A stretch of 60,241 bases of DNA, the filler included. It is 7 parts of 7 records of this genome, joined end to end, with 100 filler letters (N's around TTAATTAATTAA, not from the genome) between each part and the next. Parts side by side here need not be neighbours in the genome. Positions count along the whole stretch, not along the records: positions 36,755 to 47,459 come from SRR31156797_13647; 6 more parts are not named here. One strand, 5' to 3'. Under the pieces are notes generated by a model, which saw nothing but the letters and a program-made list of their open reading frames with translations, had not been told where the DNA came from and did not search any database. Made by a program: the position numbers and the translations under genes. The first letter of the stretch is position 1. Every line of letters starts with the position of its first letter. Positions 36,755-47,559 of this stretch are shown here, piece by piece.

Positions 36755-37260
36755 TCCGGACGAATGCCCTCTTCCGTCAACGATATGTCAGAAAAAATCT
36801 CCTGGTTAAAGGCGGACAGAAACGCCCGGTCCTTCTCCCGCCTCAAATCAAACCCGGCACCATCCCCGTTAACCGGACGGCTCTTTTCGGGAAACAGTAG
36901 AAGCGCCTGCTCGATCTCCCGGTTGATCTCGTCCCAGGATTTCAGGAAGATCCGCGCCTTCAGTTCATCGCCCTTCCTGACGCGGGTTACGATGGAGGTG
37001 ACCACCCCCGCCCCCCGCTTCAACAGGTCATCCTTGAGCCAGGCATTGACAAAGGTGGTTTTGCCGGATTTAATGGCGCCCACCACCGCTATTCTCAATG
37101 TGCCCGACCGGATTCTTTCCGGAAGGGCGCAACAGAGGTTTACTGCGTCATCAGCATTGTCGTCATACATTCCGGGAATTTCTCGCATGGTCTCAAGGCT
37201 CAAGGCGAGGTCCGAAGCTATTGTCTCGATGTTGTCTAGGATTTTTTCATTGATCGTCAT
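36755..37260 (-). CDS. Dynamin-family GTPase, N-terminal part
   Basis: IAVVGAIKSGKTTFVNA..DLL..GAGVVTS P-loop context. Confidence 0.78.
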
Positions 37261-37270
37261 AAACTAAATG

Positions 37271-37828
37271 TCAGGCCTCTCCAGCAGAGTCAGAAAGCGT
37301 TCCGATTTGCATCATGGTCTGTTCCCACCTCATATTAATGTCGGTTTTAAAAAGAATCTCCTCGTTGACGGCAAGGGTCAACCATGCATTGTCCTTGATT
37401 TCGTTATCAAGCTGCATGGGACCCCACCCTGCGCATCCAAGCAGAATGAGAAAATTTTCCGGTCCCTTGTTCATTGCAACGGCTTCGAGAATGTCCCGGG
37501 TGTTGCTCAACCCCAGCCAGGAGTTCACGTTCATGCACCCGTGCCAGTGAAAGGGAGGGCCGTGAAGCACAAACACCCCGCTCGGTTGAACCGGACCGCC
37601 CAGGTGAATCTGGATGGAATCTATCGAGTCATCGAATTCGATTTTAAGGTCCTCAAACAGTTCCCGGCCCGTCAAAAGCGGGTGTATCCGGTTGATGATG
37701 AATCCCAGAGCCCCGGTTTCGTTATGTTCGCACAAGCAGGTTACAGTCTGGGCAAAATTCGGATCGGGAAGTCCAGGCATGGCCATGAGAAAGTGACCTT
37801 TTAAAAACCCTTTAGTTTTTTCAGACAT
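37271..37828 (-). CDS. YqgE/AlgH family protein (UPF0301)
   Basis: FLMAMP..DPNF, EHNETGALG, GGPV, GCAGWGPMQL..E...NAW. Confidence 0.92.
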   Translation of the reverse strand: MSEKTKGFLKGHFLMAMPGLPDPNFAQTVTCLCEHNETGALGFIINRIHPLLTGRELFEDLKIEFDDSIDSIQIHLGGPVQPSGVFVLHGPPFHWHGCMNVNSWLGLSNTRDILEAVAMNKGPENFLILLGCAGWGPMQLDNEIKDNAWLTLAVNEEILFKTDINMRWEQTMMQIGTLSDSAGEA

Positions 37829-37950
37829 CTGTTTGCTCCGTATTTAATCTTGACATGAACCCTTTTGTATCAGATTATTAGATAGCAATGTAATTATCAA
37901 TGTTTTTTATCTTAATTTATGCCCCTGAAACGGCAGAGACGGAATCAGTC

Positions 37951-38424
37951 ATGAAAGAGACCAGGTTTAACATCGGGGATTTACACAGGATCTCCAACAG
38001 AGTGCCGGAAAACACGGACAGGATCAGGAAAAACAAATCCTCCGGCGGGTTCGACACCATTCTCTCCAATACCCTGGCCGACACCGCTCCCGATGAAAAA
38101 CTCGCGCCGTCATCCCTTGGGGAAATTTCCTCCCCTGCACCGGTCCTGCCCATGGACGACACCGGCATTGACATTCCAACCGGAATCGACACCGCCCTGG
38201 ATCTGTTCGAACGCTACACCGAACTACTCGGGGATGCCTCAAAAAGCCTCAGGGACATTGCGCCGGTTCTCACGGACCTGACCGACCAGACCCGGCGCCT
38301 GGCCGAACAGATTCAGGACACGCCTTCCGTTGACACCCGTCTTTCCGCCATTGTCGATCATATGCTGTCAACGGTCACCCTGGAACAATTCAAGATGGAG
38401 CGGGGAGACTACACCGACCGTTAA
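37951..38424 (+). CDS. Hypothetical protein
   Basis: Open frame with coding-like codon use ending KMERGDY; start probably ATG at 37951. Confidence 0.6.
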   Translation: MKETRFNIGDLHRISNRVPENTDRIRKNKSSGGFDTILSNTLADTAPDEKLAPSSLGEISSPAPVLPMDDTGIDIPTGIDTALDLFERYTELLGDASKSLRDIAPVLTDLTDQTRRLAEQIQDTPSVDTRLSAIVDHMLSTVTLEQFKMERGDYTDR

Positions 38425-38432
38425 TTCTCAAA

Positions 38433-39854
38433 TCACTGTTTGAGCCTTCCGTAGACATCCTCAAACCGGACAATATCATCCTCCCCAAGGTAGGTGCCGG
38501 ACTGGACCTCGATGAGTTCCAGGGGAACCCGTCCGGGATTTTCCATCCGGTGCATCACGCCCAGGGGAATATAGATGGACTCATCCTCTTTCAACAGGAT
38601 CTCCTCCTCCCCCTTTGTGATGATGGCCGTCCCCGAAACAACGGTCCAGTGCTCTGCCCGGTGATAATGTTTCTGCAGGGACAGCTTGGCGCCGGGCTTT
38701 ACCGTGATCCGTTTGACCTGGAAGCGGTCTGAACTGTCCACGGTCTCGTAACATCCCCAGGGCCTGTAGACCGTTCTGTGGCCTAGGGCCTCCGGCCGCC
38801 CCTCTTCCTTCAGTTCCTGGACCAGGGTTTTCACGTCCTTGACCTTGCTCCTGGAAGCCACCAGCACCGCATCCTTTGTTTCCACAACCACGAAATCTTC
38901 AAGGCCCACGGCCGCAATGAGCCGGTTCTCGGAGTAGAGATAGGAATTTTTCACATCCGAGAGCAGCACATCCCCCTTGATCACGTTGTTGTTCTCGTCC
39001 TTGTCCCCGGTCTCCCACAGGGCATTCCAGGAACCAAGATCGTTCCAACCGGCTTCAAAGGGAATCATCACCCCTTTTTCCGTATGCTCCATCACGGCAT
39101 AATCGATTGAGTCCGAGGGAGAGCCGGCAAAGCTTTCCGTATCAAGCCTGAAGAAATCAAGGTCTTCCACGCCCTTTTCCATGGCGATCCTGCAGCTTTG
39201 GACGATATCCGGGACGAAACGCTCAAGCTCCTTGATAATGGCGGATGCCTTGAACATGAACATTCCGCTGTTCCAGCAGTAGGCGCCTGAAGCCAGGTAA
39301 TCCTGTGCCGTTTCATGATCCGGTTTCTCAACAAAGGCCTGGATGAGCCAGGCATGGGAGGAGTCTTCCACCGGATTGCCTTTTTTAATATAACCATAAC
39401 CTGTTTCCGGGGCGTCGGGAACGATACCGAAGGTAACAAGACTTCCATTTTCGGCATGGCGCTTCCCCTGGGTGATGGCCTGGTGAAAATTGGAAATATT
39501 CTCGATGACATGATCAGCCGGCAGCACAAGAAGCACCGGATCCCGGTCATGGGCAAGAGCCTTGACGGCAGCGATACAGATGGCCGGCGCCGTGTTCCTG
39601 CCAACCGGTTCAAGCAGGATGGAGCATGGTTTCACACCTATCTGCCTGAGCTGTTCGGCAGCCATGAACCGATGCTCTTCGTTGCAGACGATAAGGGGAT
39701 CTGAGACGTCGTCATGCTTTGCCAGTCTCAGCACCGTGTTCTGAAGCATGGTGTATTTATCGGTGAGACACAACATCTGTTTCGGATACAGTTCCCGGGA
39801 GAGGGGCCACAGCCTGGTTCCGGAACCTCCAGCAAGTATTACGGGTGTGATCAT
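38433..39854 (-). CDS. manC: Mannose-1-phosphate guanylyltransferase/mannose-6-phosphate isomerase
   Basis: PVILAGGSGTRLWPLSR..PKQ, EPVGRNTAPA, FVEKP, C-terminal cupin RPWG..HYHRAEHW. Confidence 0.94.
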   Translation of the reverse strand: MITPVILAGGSGTRLWPLSRELYPKQMLCLTDKYTMLQNTVLRLAKHDDVSDPLIVCNEEHRFMAAEQLRQIGVKPCSILLEPVGRNTAPAICIAAVKALAHDRDPVLLVLPADHVIENISNFHQAITQGKRHAENGSLVTFGIVPDAPETGYGYIKKGNPVEDSSHAWLIQAFVEKPDHETAQDYLASGAYCWNSGMFMFKASAIIKELERFVPDIVQSCRIAMEKGVEDLDFFRLDTESFAGSPSDSIDYAVMEHTEKGVMIPFEAGWNDLGSWNALWETGDKDENNNVIKGDVLLSDVKNSYLYSENRLIAAVGLEDFVVVETKDAVLVASRSKVKDVKTLVQELKEEGRPEALGHRTVYRPWGCYETVDSSDRFQVKRITVKPGAKLSLQKHYHRAEHWTVVSGTAIITKGEEEILLKEDESIYIPLGVMHRMENPGRVPLELIEVQSGTYLGEDDIVRFEDVYGRLKQ

Positions 39855-40055
39855 GTCTGCTCCTTAAATCAACTCATATCAACTCATAAATGGTGGTAAA
39901 CGTCAGTTTAGATAGTACACTTTCAAGGTTTATGCAAGAAGAAGCATCATGGGAAAACCCTCTTTAATGTTGATTCAACCGTTGACTTTTACAGTGATAC
40001 CTTTATAGTCGCTTTTTTGCGGTAAAAAACAACAGAACGAGGTACCCCCTTTTAC

Positions 40056-41363
40056 ATGAGCGACACAATCAGTGAGCTAAAGAAAAAAATCCACGACCTT
40101 GAAGAGCAACTCAAGACCCGTTCCGGGCAGACGGACCTGACAACGCCGGATTCCCAGCGCTATTCCGGCCTTTTCAACAGAATCCTGGACGCCGTCTACA
40201 TCCTCGATTTTTCAGGAAATTTCATCGACGCGAACCGTTCCGCATTGCGGATGCTCGGATACTCGAGGGAGGAGCTTGACGCCCTCAATTTTTTCGATCT
40301 CATTCCCAAAAAGCAGATGACCTTTGCCAAGGACATCCTCATGGACGAAAACAAGATGAACGACTTCACCGAGTCCATCGATTTTTCCGTCCAGCGAAAG
40401 GACGGCACCCACATCTGGATCGAAACAAAGGCAAGGATCGTGTTTGAAGACAACATCCCCGTTGAGATCCACGGCATTGCCGTTGACATCACCCAGCGAA
40501 AGAAACGTGAAAACGAACTGAAAAAACAGGAGGACGACCTCAAGCTCGCCCTGAACGGCGCCGACCTGGGCGTCTGGCACTGGAACGTCCTGACAGGCAC
40601 CCTGACCATGGAAAAGGAGTGGGGAAAAAAAATGGGGCTTTCCGCCAACCAGACCATCAATTTCGATACCTGGGAAGAATGGATTCACCCGGACGACCGG
40701 GAACTTGTCAAGCAGGGATTCATCACCCATTTGAAAGGAGAGTCCGCCTGTTTCCAGGTGGAACACCGGCTCAGGTCCTGTGACAACAACTGGATCTGGG
40801 TCATCAGCCGGGGCAGGATCGTTGAGACGGATGAATCGGGGAACGCCCTGCACATGGCCGGTACCTACCATGACATCTCCTACCGGATCGAGATGGAGAA
40901 CGCCCTTCGGAAGCGCCAGGCGGAGCTCCAGCAAAAATCCCTTCACCTTGAAGAATCCAACACGGCCCTGAGGGTGCTCCTGAAGCAGAGGGAACACGAC
41001 CGCAAGGAACTTTCCGACAACGTGGTCTCCAACGTCAAGGAGCTGGTGTTGCCATACCTGGACAAGGTCGAATCCCAGTCCCTTACCGAGAAACAGACCG
41101 CCTATCTGGGCGCGGCCCGTACCACCCTCAACGAGATCGTATCTCCCTTTGCCAGGAATCTTGCTTCCAGGCACCACAACCTGACCCCCATGGAAATGCG
41201 GGTCGCAGGCCTTGTGAGGCAAGGAAAGACCACAAAGGAAATCGCAGAGATCCTCAACCTGTCCAAGGGCACCATCGATTTCCACCGGGACAACATCCGG
41301 ACGAAAACCGGCATCAAAAACAAGAAAATCAACCTCAGGACCCACCTGCTCTCCCTCTCCTGA
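40056..41363 (+). CDS. PAS-PAS LuxR-family transcriptional regulator
   Basis: Two PAS domains (IHPDD); [35 protein letters not shown]. Confidence 0.92.
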   Translation: MSDTISELKKKIHDLEEQLKTRSGQTDLTTPDSQRYSGLFNRILDAVYILDFSGNFIDANRSALRMLGYSREELDALNFFDLIPKKQMTFAKDILMDENKMNDFTESIDFSVQRKDGTHIWIETKARIVFEDNIPVEIHGIAVDITQRKKRENELKKQEDDLKLALNGADLGVWHWNVLTGTLTMEKEWGKKMGLSANQTINFDTWEEWIHPDDRELVKQGFITHLKGESACFQVEHRLRSCDNNWIWVISRGRIVETDESGNALHMAGTYHDISYRIEMENALRKRQAELQQKSLHLEESNTALRVLLKQREHDRKELSDNVVSNVKELVLPYLDKVESQSLTEKQTAYLGAARTTLNEIVSPFARNLASRHHNLTPMEMRVAGLVRQGKTTKEIAEILNLSKGTIDFHRDNIRTKTGIKNKKINLRTHLLSLS

Positions 41364-41382
41364 TCCAGGGCGGCCGGGTGGC

Positions 41383-41416
41383 AGTATGGGGTTTTTCCCT
41401 AGACTACCCCTATACT
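41383..41416. promoter_or_regulatory. Imperfect inverted repeat, candidate LuxR/NarL-type operator upstream of the FadL-like gene
   Basis: AGTATGGGGT...ACCCCTATACT, includes heptamer TACCCCT. Confidence 0.4.
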
Positions 41417-41532
41417 CTTCCGGTATTGTCTTTTTCCCCCATTGTGACATGCTCTGCACCTCTACCAGGGCCGCTCAGGGACCATACAGGTAGAAAAAAT
41501 GATTACTTTTGAAACTTTTGCAGGAACGGAGC

Positions 41533-42852
41533 ATGATGAAACGATTGTTGGTATTTCTTTTGGTGATGATGACCTCCCACACAGCCTTTGGGGGAATGGT
41601 GGACAATTACGGAACAGGATCAAAGGCAACCGCCCTGGGTGGCGCCTTTTCAGCCAAGGCCGATGATCCTTTTGCGGTTTATTACAACCCGGCTGGACTT
41701 GCCCGGATCGAAAAACCCATGATCAGCGCCGGTGCCCTTGTGGTCTCTCCGGACATGACGGTTTACAACTACAAGGTCGAAGGCGGCATCTCCACCCAGG
41801 ACCCAAGACTTCAGGCTCCCAGGGATTTCGATAACAAGACCAAGCGGCTCGTCAGCCCCCACCTGGGTTTTGCCATGCCCGTGAGCGACCGGTTCTCCTT
41901 TGGCATTGCCGCCTATGCCCCCTACGGCATGGAGATCGAATGGGAAGATGATCTGTCCACCACCCCCGGCGCCTACAACTCCTATCACTCCTACTATGTC
42001 AGGGAAGTGGTCACCCCGTCCCTTGCCTACAAGATCTCGGACAGTATTTTCATCGGCGGCGGAGTCTCCCTCGGCAAGTCAAAATCAGGCAACGACTGCT
42101 TTGGCGCAAGCTTCGGCGGTCTCAGAAACGAGGCCTCCCTGGAGGATGACTTTAACTATTCCTTCAACCTCGGCATCATGGTTGTCCCCACGGACCGGCT
42201 CACCCTCGGCCTCACCTACCGGGGCAGGACCGAAACCGACTTTGAGGGAGACGTAAAGGTCGAGGGCATGGGCAAAGTCGCCAAGGTCGAGCTCGAGTAC
42301 GACCATCCCGAACAGGTCCAGGCCGGTATCTGCTACCTTGCTGGTAAAAACAAGACCCTCTCCCTGGAAATGGACGTGGTCTGGACCAACTGGAGCACCA
42401 ACTCCAGCCAGGACCAGTACCTGACGTTCAAGGAGGGCATCTACCAGGCGATCCATAAGCCCAAAAACTGGAACGACAACATCGCCAGGGACTGGGACGA
42501 CACCGTCCAGTTCAGGTTCGGCGCCGAATGGCAGGCACTGGATTATCTTGCCCTGAGACTCGGCTACTTCTATGATCCCACACCCGTACCCGACTCCTCC
42601 ATGGATTTCATCTGGCCCGACGCGGACAAGCAGACCTGGTCCTGTGGCGCCGGATTTGAATTCGGCAACTACACCCTCGACACCGTGTTTTCCTACTCAA
42701 AGACCGACGGAAAACGCCACATCGACGGTGAGAGCGGAAGCCTCAACCACAGCAACGACAATCCCCTGGACCCAACCAATCCCGCATCCGTAAGCTTTGA
42801 CGCGGATGGCGAAGTGTGGAGCTACGGCATGACCCTGAGCTATCACTTCTAG
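41533..42852 (+). CDS. FadL/OmpP1-family outer membrane transporter
   Basis: Signal peptide; ALGGAFSAKADD..AVYYNPAGL; C-terminal YHF. Confidence 0.9.
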   Translation: MMKRLLVFLLVMMTSHTAFGGMVDNYGTGSKATALGGAFSAKADDPFAVYYNPAGLARIEKPMISAGALVVSPDMTVYNYKVEGGISTQDPRLQAPRDFDNKTKRLVSPHLGFAMPVSDRFSFGIAAYAPYGMEIEWEDDLSTTPGAYNSYHSYYVREVVTPSLAYKISDSIFIGGGVSLGKSKSGNDCFGASFGGLRNEASLEDDFNYSFNLGIMVVPTDRLTLGLTYRGRTETDFEGDVKVEGMGKVAKVELEYDHPEQVQAGICYLAGKNKTLSLEMDVVWTNWSTNSSQDQYLTFKEGIYQAIHKPKNWNDNIARDWDDTVQFRFGAEWQALDYLALRLGYFYDPTPVPDSSMDFIWPDADKQTWSCGAGFEFGNYTLDTVFSYSKTDGKRHIDGESGSLNHSNDNPLDPTNPASVSFDADGEVWSYGMTLSYHF

Positions 42853-42966
42853 AAATTTCTCCCGGACAGGGGCGGGCCAAGTCCGCTCCTGCCCTGCCGG
42901 GCAGTTGTAAAATTTCAAAAGAGCTAAAAAGAATGCCCACAGCCCTTCAGGGAGAAAAGAATCCTG

Positions 42967-43173
42967 TTATTTTTTCAATAACCTCTTTTTACTATTTTTG
43001 AACTCTTCTTCTGTAATAACACCTTTATTATAGGCTTCCTGGAGGTCGATCAATTCCTGCCCAAGGGTTGTACTGCTTGCTTTGATTTCAGCCCCCCCGC
43101 CTCCACAGCCTGTCAAATTTAAACTGGCCGCCAGGATAACGCCTGCGATGATCAATACACTAACGCATCTCAT
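42967..43173 (-). CDS. Small SHOCT-domain lipoprotein
   Basis: Lipobox LTG-C; LGQELIDLQEAYNKGVITEEEFKNSKKRLL; AGGAG SD. Confidence 0.75.
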   Translation of the reverse strand: MRCVSVLIIAGVILAASLNLTGCGGGGAEIKASSTTLGQELIDLQEAYNKGVITEEEFKNSKKRLLKK

Positions 43174-43439
43174 ATTTCCTCTCCTTTGCCTGTTTTCCCT
43201 GACAGCGCTGACAAACATCAAAACCCGTTGCGCCGCCGGGTTCCATTATATTTCCGGACATGTAATCACGCCGTTCTATTAGGAAAGGTTACAAGAGCTA
43301 TTTATTATAGCTTTTTCTTGAACCATTCCTGTCCTCCATAGAGGTATTCTCCACATTCGGAACATAAACCGTGGCTGAATAGAGCATCCGTATGATTCTC
43401 AATGGTTGGCTCCCCCCATTAACAGGTCGCCCGGATCAA

Positions 43440-45263
43440 TCAGCCGACGATGAGATCGACGAAACGGGGGGGCTGGCCATCCTTGAGTTCCACAAGTCCC
43501 CTGTTTGAGATGTGGAGCTCTCCCAGAACCACCAGGCCCAGGAGGCTCAGGGTCATCTCCATGGATTCATGGACGCACCCGGCCTGTTCCATGGCCTCTT
43601 CAACGGAATTCACCTGGTCTGCCGCCGTTTCAATGGATTCAAGGCTCATGAGCCCCGCCAGGGGAAGGGGCATGTGCCCTGCCACCTTGTTGTCCGCGAC
43701 AACGGCGGTTCCGCCCTTTGATTCGATCACGGTATTGGCCGCAAGGGCCATGGCCGCGTCGTCCGTACCGATCACAAGCAGATTGTGGCAATCGTGGGAC
43801 ACGGTTGAGGCATAGGCTGCGCCCGGTTTCATGCCCGTACCCGAGACAAACCCCAATGATTTGGGATGGCTGATCTCATCACTGCCCGCATGGCGATAGA
43901 ACATGCCGATCTTGGCAAGGTCCTCGCCGGGATCGGCCTTGAGCTCACCAGCCTGGGGAACCATGTCGGCGGTTTCCGCCTTTGTGAAAACCATGCCCGG
44001 AACAATGCGCATCACCCTCACCGTTTGGGGAGCGCTGCCGCTGACCGGGATGGAAAAGTCCCCCGGGTTGAGGGGAGACAGATGCACCGTGTTCACCGCC
44101 CATTCCGGGTAGTCGTATTGGGGCATGTCAAAGGAGAGGATTCCCTCCTTTGCAACGGTGACACCGTCGCTGATGACCCTGTGGATGTTAAAGGCCTGAA
44201 GGTCGTCCAAAAGCAGAATGTCCGCGGCCCTTCCCGGCGTGAGGGAGCCGATCCACCGGGACTTCTCCAGCAGCTGGGCCGGGTTGATGGTAACCATCTG
44301 AATGGCCTGGACGGGATTGACGCCGAGGGACACCGCCTTCCGCAATACCCGGATCAGGTGGCCTTCATCCCGGATGGTGGCGGAGGTTACATCATCGGTC
44401 ACCAGGGTGAAGTACCGGGTGTCCATGCCGGGATTGTCGGTGACGGCCGTGATCAGGTTGGGCAGATCGAGCCAGGCGGAACCGTACCGCTGCTGGACAT
44501 ACATGCCCAGCTGGGCCCGCCTCAGGGCGCCGGCCGAGGTGGTGCTTTCATGGCAGGAGGTAAGGCCCGAGGCGATAAAGGCATTCAAACCCGCGTTCAG
44601 GTCCTCTCCGGCATAATGGCCCGTGAGGACGCGGTCCGCGCGGATCCCCTCCCCTGTGATGTCATGGACCGTGGGATCGCCAAACACGACGCCCGGGAAA
44701 TTCATCTGCTCTCCCTGGAGCTCGGCCCATCCTTTTTCATACCCGGTCTTCACCTCCCGGGGACCGATGGTAGCGCCGGCATCCTCCATCCCCGGCAGGG
44801 AGGGAACGCAAACGGGCATGGCCGTGAGCACCTTGATGGGGATACCCTCGGAACTCTGCTTGAAGAGTTCCACCGCCCTTAACCCCAGCACATTGGTCAT
44901 CTCATGGTTGTCCGGGCAGATGGTGGTGGTTCCATGGACCAGGACGCCCGCAGCAAAGGAGCGAAGATCCACCATGGAACTTTCAACATGCATATGGGAG
45001 TCGATGAGGCCGGGGGCGAGATACCGGTTTTCAGCATCGATGATCTCGGTGTTTTCATCGGTCATGATGTGGGAGCCGTCCCCCACCAGGGCGATAAACC
45101 CCTTGTATACGGCCATATCGGTGTTTACCTGGATCTGGGCCGTTACCACATTGACAAGGCGCCCGTTCCGGATAACGAGATCGGCCGGCCGTCTTCCCAT
45201 GGCAACGTCCGCAAGTTCCCTTGCAACCTCGGCATAGGTAAAGCGCTTATATTGTTCTGACAT
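43440..45263 (-). CDS. ade: Adenine deaminase
   Basis: PGLIDSHMHVESSM, DNHE, HES, VTDD, TINPA, STVSHDCHNL. Confidence 0.88.
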   Translation of the reverse strand: MSEQYKRFTYAEVARELADVAMGRRPADLVIRNGRLVNVVTAQIQVNTDMAVYKGFIALVGDGSHIMTDENTEIIDAENRYLAPGLIDSHMHVESSMVDLRSFAAGVLVHGTTTICPDNHEMTNVLGLRAVELFKQSSEGIPIKVLTAMPVCVPSLPGMEDAGATIGPREVKTGYEKGWAELQGEQMNFPGVVFGDPTVHDITGEGIRADRVLTGHYAGEDLNAGLNAFIASGLTSCHESTTSAGALRRAQLGMYVQQRYGSAWLDLPNLITAVTDNPGMDTRYFTLVTDDVTSATIRDEGHLIRVLRKAVSLGVNPVQAIQMVTINPAQLLEKSRWIGSLTPGRAADILLLDDLQAFNIHRVISDGVTVAKEGILSFDMPQYDYPEWAVNTVHLSPLNPGDFSIPVSGSAPQTVRVMRIVPGMVFTKAETADMVPQAGELKADPGEDLAKIGMFYRHAGSDEISHPKSLGFVSGTGMKPGAAYASTVSHDCHNLLVIGTDDAAMALAANTVIESKGGTAVVADNKVAGHMPLPLAGLMSLESIETAADQVNSVEEAMEQAGCVHESMEMTLSLLGLVVLGELHISNRGLVELKDGQPPRFVDLIVG

Positions 45264-45684
45264 ATGGGTACTCCATTTTTATGTTTTATGGTTATCAGTG
45301 ATAAAGTGTGGAAATGGTATTTTTAAGTTTTACCAGACTTGACGAACGACCACAACTCCAATGATTTTGCAGGGAGGCAAGTCCCCTGGCCTTAATATGC
45401 CTGGCCAAGGACCTCCGGTCTGTTGGATACCCCGGCGGCCCCGGGGTGTTCTTTGCTTTTCAGAGTAATGCGATCATCCATTGTACTACCACAATCCTTT
45501 TAACGGTTGTTAAAATCCGGGCTGCATTGTACAGCAAATCCTGGCGGATTCAACAGGAAATCCCACGGAAAGGCTTGCCTGCCATGGAATGGGTTGTTAA
45601 AACACGGTGGAAGGGTATTGTCTTTGAAACACCGGCATGGTAAAAAAACGAACAGCGAAAAAACCAAAAGAGAGGATCTGCAAG

Positions 45685-46284
45685 ATGGAGCTGGATATTA
45701 AAAACGAGGTGGCCGCACTGAACCTGGGGAAAAAGATCAGGACCCTGAGAACACAGCAGGGCCTCACCCTTCAAGAGATTTCCGATCGAGCCGGGGTTTC
45801 CAAACCCCAGCTTTCCCAGATTGAAAACAATATTGCGGCCCCGCCCATTGCTACCCTGATCAAAATTTCCAAGGCCCTGGGAGTTAAAATAAGCCATTTT
45901 TTCCAGGAGCAGACAAGTGAAGAGCGCATTGTCGTGGTCAAAAAGGACGAGCGCCACGGCCTTAAGAGACTCTCCCACCACGACCACGACTATTCCGACA
46001 TCGGTTATCGCTACGAATCCCTGGCCTATCCCATGTCAGACAAACACATGGAGCCCTTTGTCGCCGAATTCGCCCCCCAGGGAGAGGGCAAGCTTTTCTA
46101 CAACACCCACAAAGGAGAGGAATTTCTCTTTGTCCTGGAAGGCCTGCTGGAATTCAGGGGCGGCCAGACCATATACACCCTGGAACCGGGAGACAGCATC
46201 TACTTTGATTCCAGCATCTCCCATGCCCTAAGGGCAATCGATGCGCCTGCCAAAGCCCTTGTCATCGTGTTTACTCCCAAATAA
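45685..46284 (+). CDS. XRE-family HTH + cupin regulator
   Basis: IRTLRTQQGLTLQEIS..LSQIEN; HKGEEFLFVLEG..LEPGDSIYFDS..H; start uncertain (45637 or 45685). Confidence 0.92.
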   Translation: MELDIKNEVAALNLGKKIRTLRTQQGLTLQEISDRAGVSKPQLSQIENNIAAPPIATLIKISKALGVKISHFFQEQTSEERIVVVKKDERHGLKRLSHHDHDYSDIGYRYESLAYPMSDKHMEPFVAEFAPQGEGKLFYNTHKGEEFLFVLEGLLEFRGGQTIYTLEPGDSIYFDSSISHALRAIDAPAKALVIVFTPK

Positions 46285-46632
46285 TCCAGGGGGGGGGAAC
46301 CGGGGCAACAGATTTCTTTTATTGCTTTGTGTCAAGACTTTCGAAGTCTGAGGGAATCTGTTACTATTTTGAGACTGGTCAAGGCAATTTACTTGACTAA
46401 AAAAATATCCGAAGTTATACATTAAGGAACCTTCCCCATTGTAAAGAACCTACACCCGTACGACTCTCCACAGACATGGGCATCATTCCGGCGATTGTTC
46501 CGTTCGATTTCTGTTTTCCGTGAAGTGACAACCACGTGTACTAAATATTCGGGATATGGCCTTTTGTTCACCAAATGGCCACAGAGGAAAACGGTCCCAT
46601 GTACGTTTAACGGGAAATTGAGCAAAGGAGGC

Positions 46633-47459
46633 ACGGTAACGGAAGGAATTTTCAACCTGTTCGTAAACTATCCTGAAGACGTCGATACCAAGCGCATGCG
46701 TTACCGCATGAAACTGCGTTCCCGGGAAGGAAAGGATTTTTATTTTGAGGGATTCAAAATAATCAGGGACGATCCGGGCCTGGACCTATGGAGCGATACA
46801 ACTACCCTGTATATCACCGTACATGAAGGCGAAGACAAGGATTCCCCTGTTTTCGGCAAAGGCATATTAATCATCCGCCCCACCGATTTCATGAAGCAGA
46901 TGACCACCATGAAGGTGCTCAATGCCCGGAGCATCGCCGAGCGGCTGGAATATACGGCCAAATTCGGGAAGCTCTTTGCGGGTGCGCTTTTTGATACCTA
47001 CGGCGGTATCTTCACCGGCCCGAACTATTTCAACCCGGATGCGACACCCCGCAAAAGACGTGTGCTGAACGTTTCTTCCCCTCCCAAGGTCTACCCTTTC
47101 AAGACCCTGGATGACGTACAGCTCCGCCTCACACGGTATAGGGGCGGTTCCAACGGCCCTGTCATTCTTGCCCATGGACTGGGGGTGTCCAGCCGGATTT
47201 TTACCATGGATACATTCGACACCAACCTGCTGGAATACCTGTTTGCCCATAAGTATGATGTCTGGTTGCTTGACTATCGCGCCAGTATTGAACTGCCGGC
47301 ATCCAACACCCAGTTCAGCGCCGATGAAATAGCAAAATATGACTACCCGGCTGCGGTGAATAAAGTACGGCAGATTACCGGTGCCCACAGTGTGCAGATG
47401 GTGGTACATTGCTACGGCTCCACCTCCTGGACCATGTCCATGCTGGGCGGATGGCTCGA
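46633..47459 (+). pseudogene. Fragment resembling the C-terminal part of GMC/cholesterol-oxidase + alpha/beta-hydrolase fusion proteins
   Basis: TVTEGIFNLFV..RMRYRM..DLWSDTTTLY; LAHGLG, DVWLLDYR, HCYGS; no convincing in-frame start; cut by contig end. Confidence 0.55.
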
Positions 47460-47559
47460 NNNNNNNNNNNNNNNNNNNNNNNNNNNNNNNNNNNNNNNNN
47501 NNNTTAATTAATTAANNNNNNNNNNNNNNNNNNNNNNNNNNNNNNNNNNNNNNNNNNNN

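Noticed and set aside
45264-45636. Canonical purine riboswitch upstream of ade
   Set aside because: The conserved purine-aptamer core sequences were not found; kept only as a weak structured-region finding
27596-46231. Many overlapping 60-415 aa alternative-frame ORFs (e.g. 27642-28733, 40212-41459, 43866-44882)
   Set aside because: Antisense or off-frame shadows of well-supported genes in GC-rich DNA; no recognisable motifs
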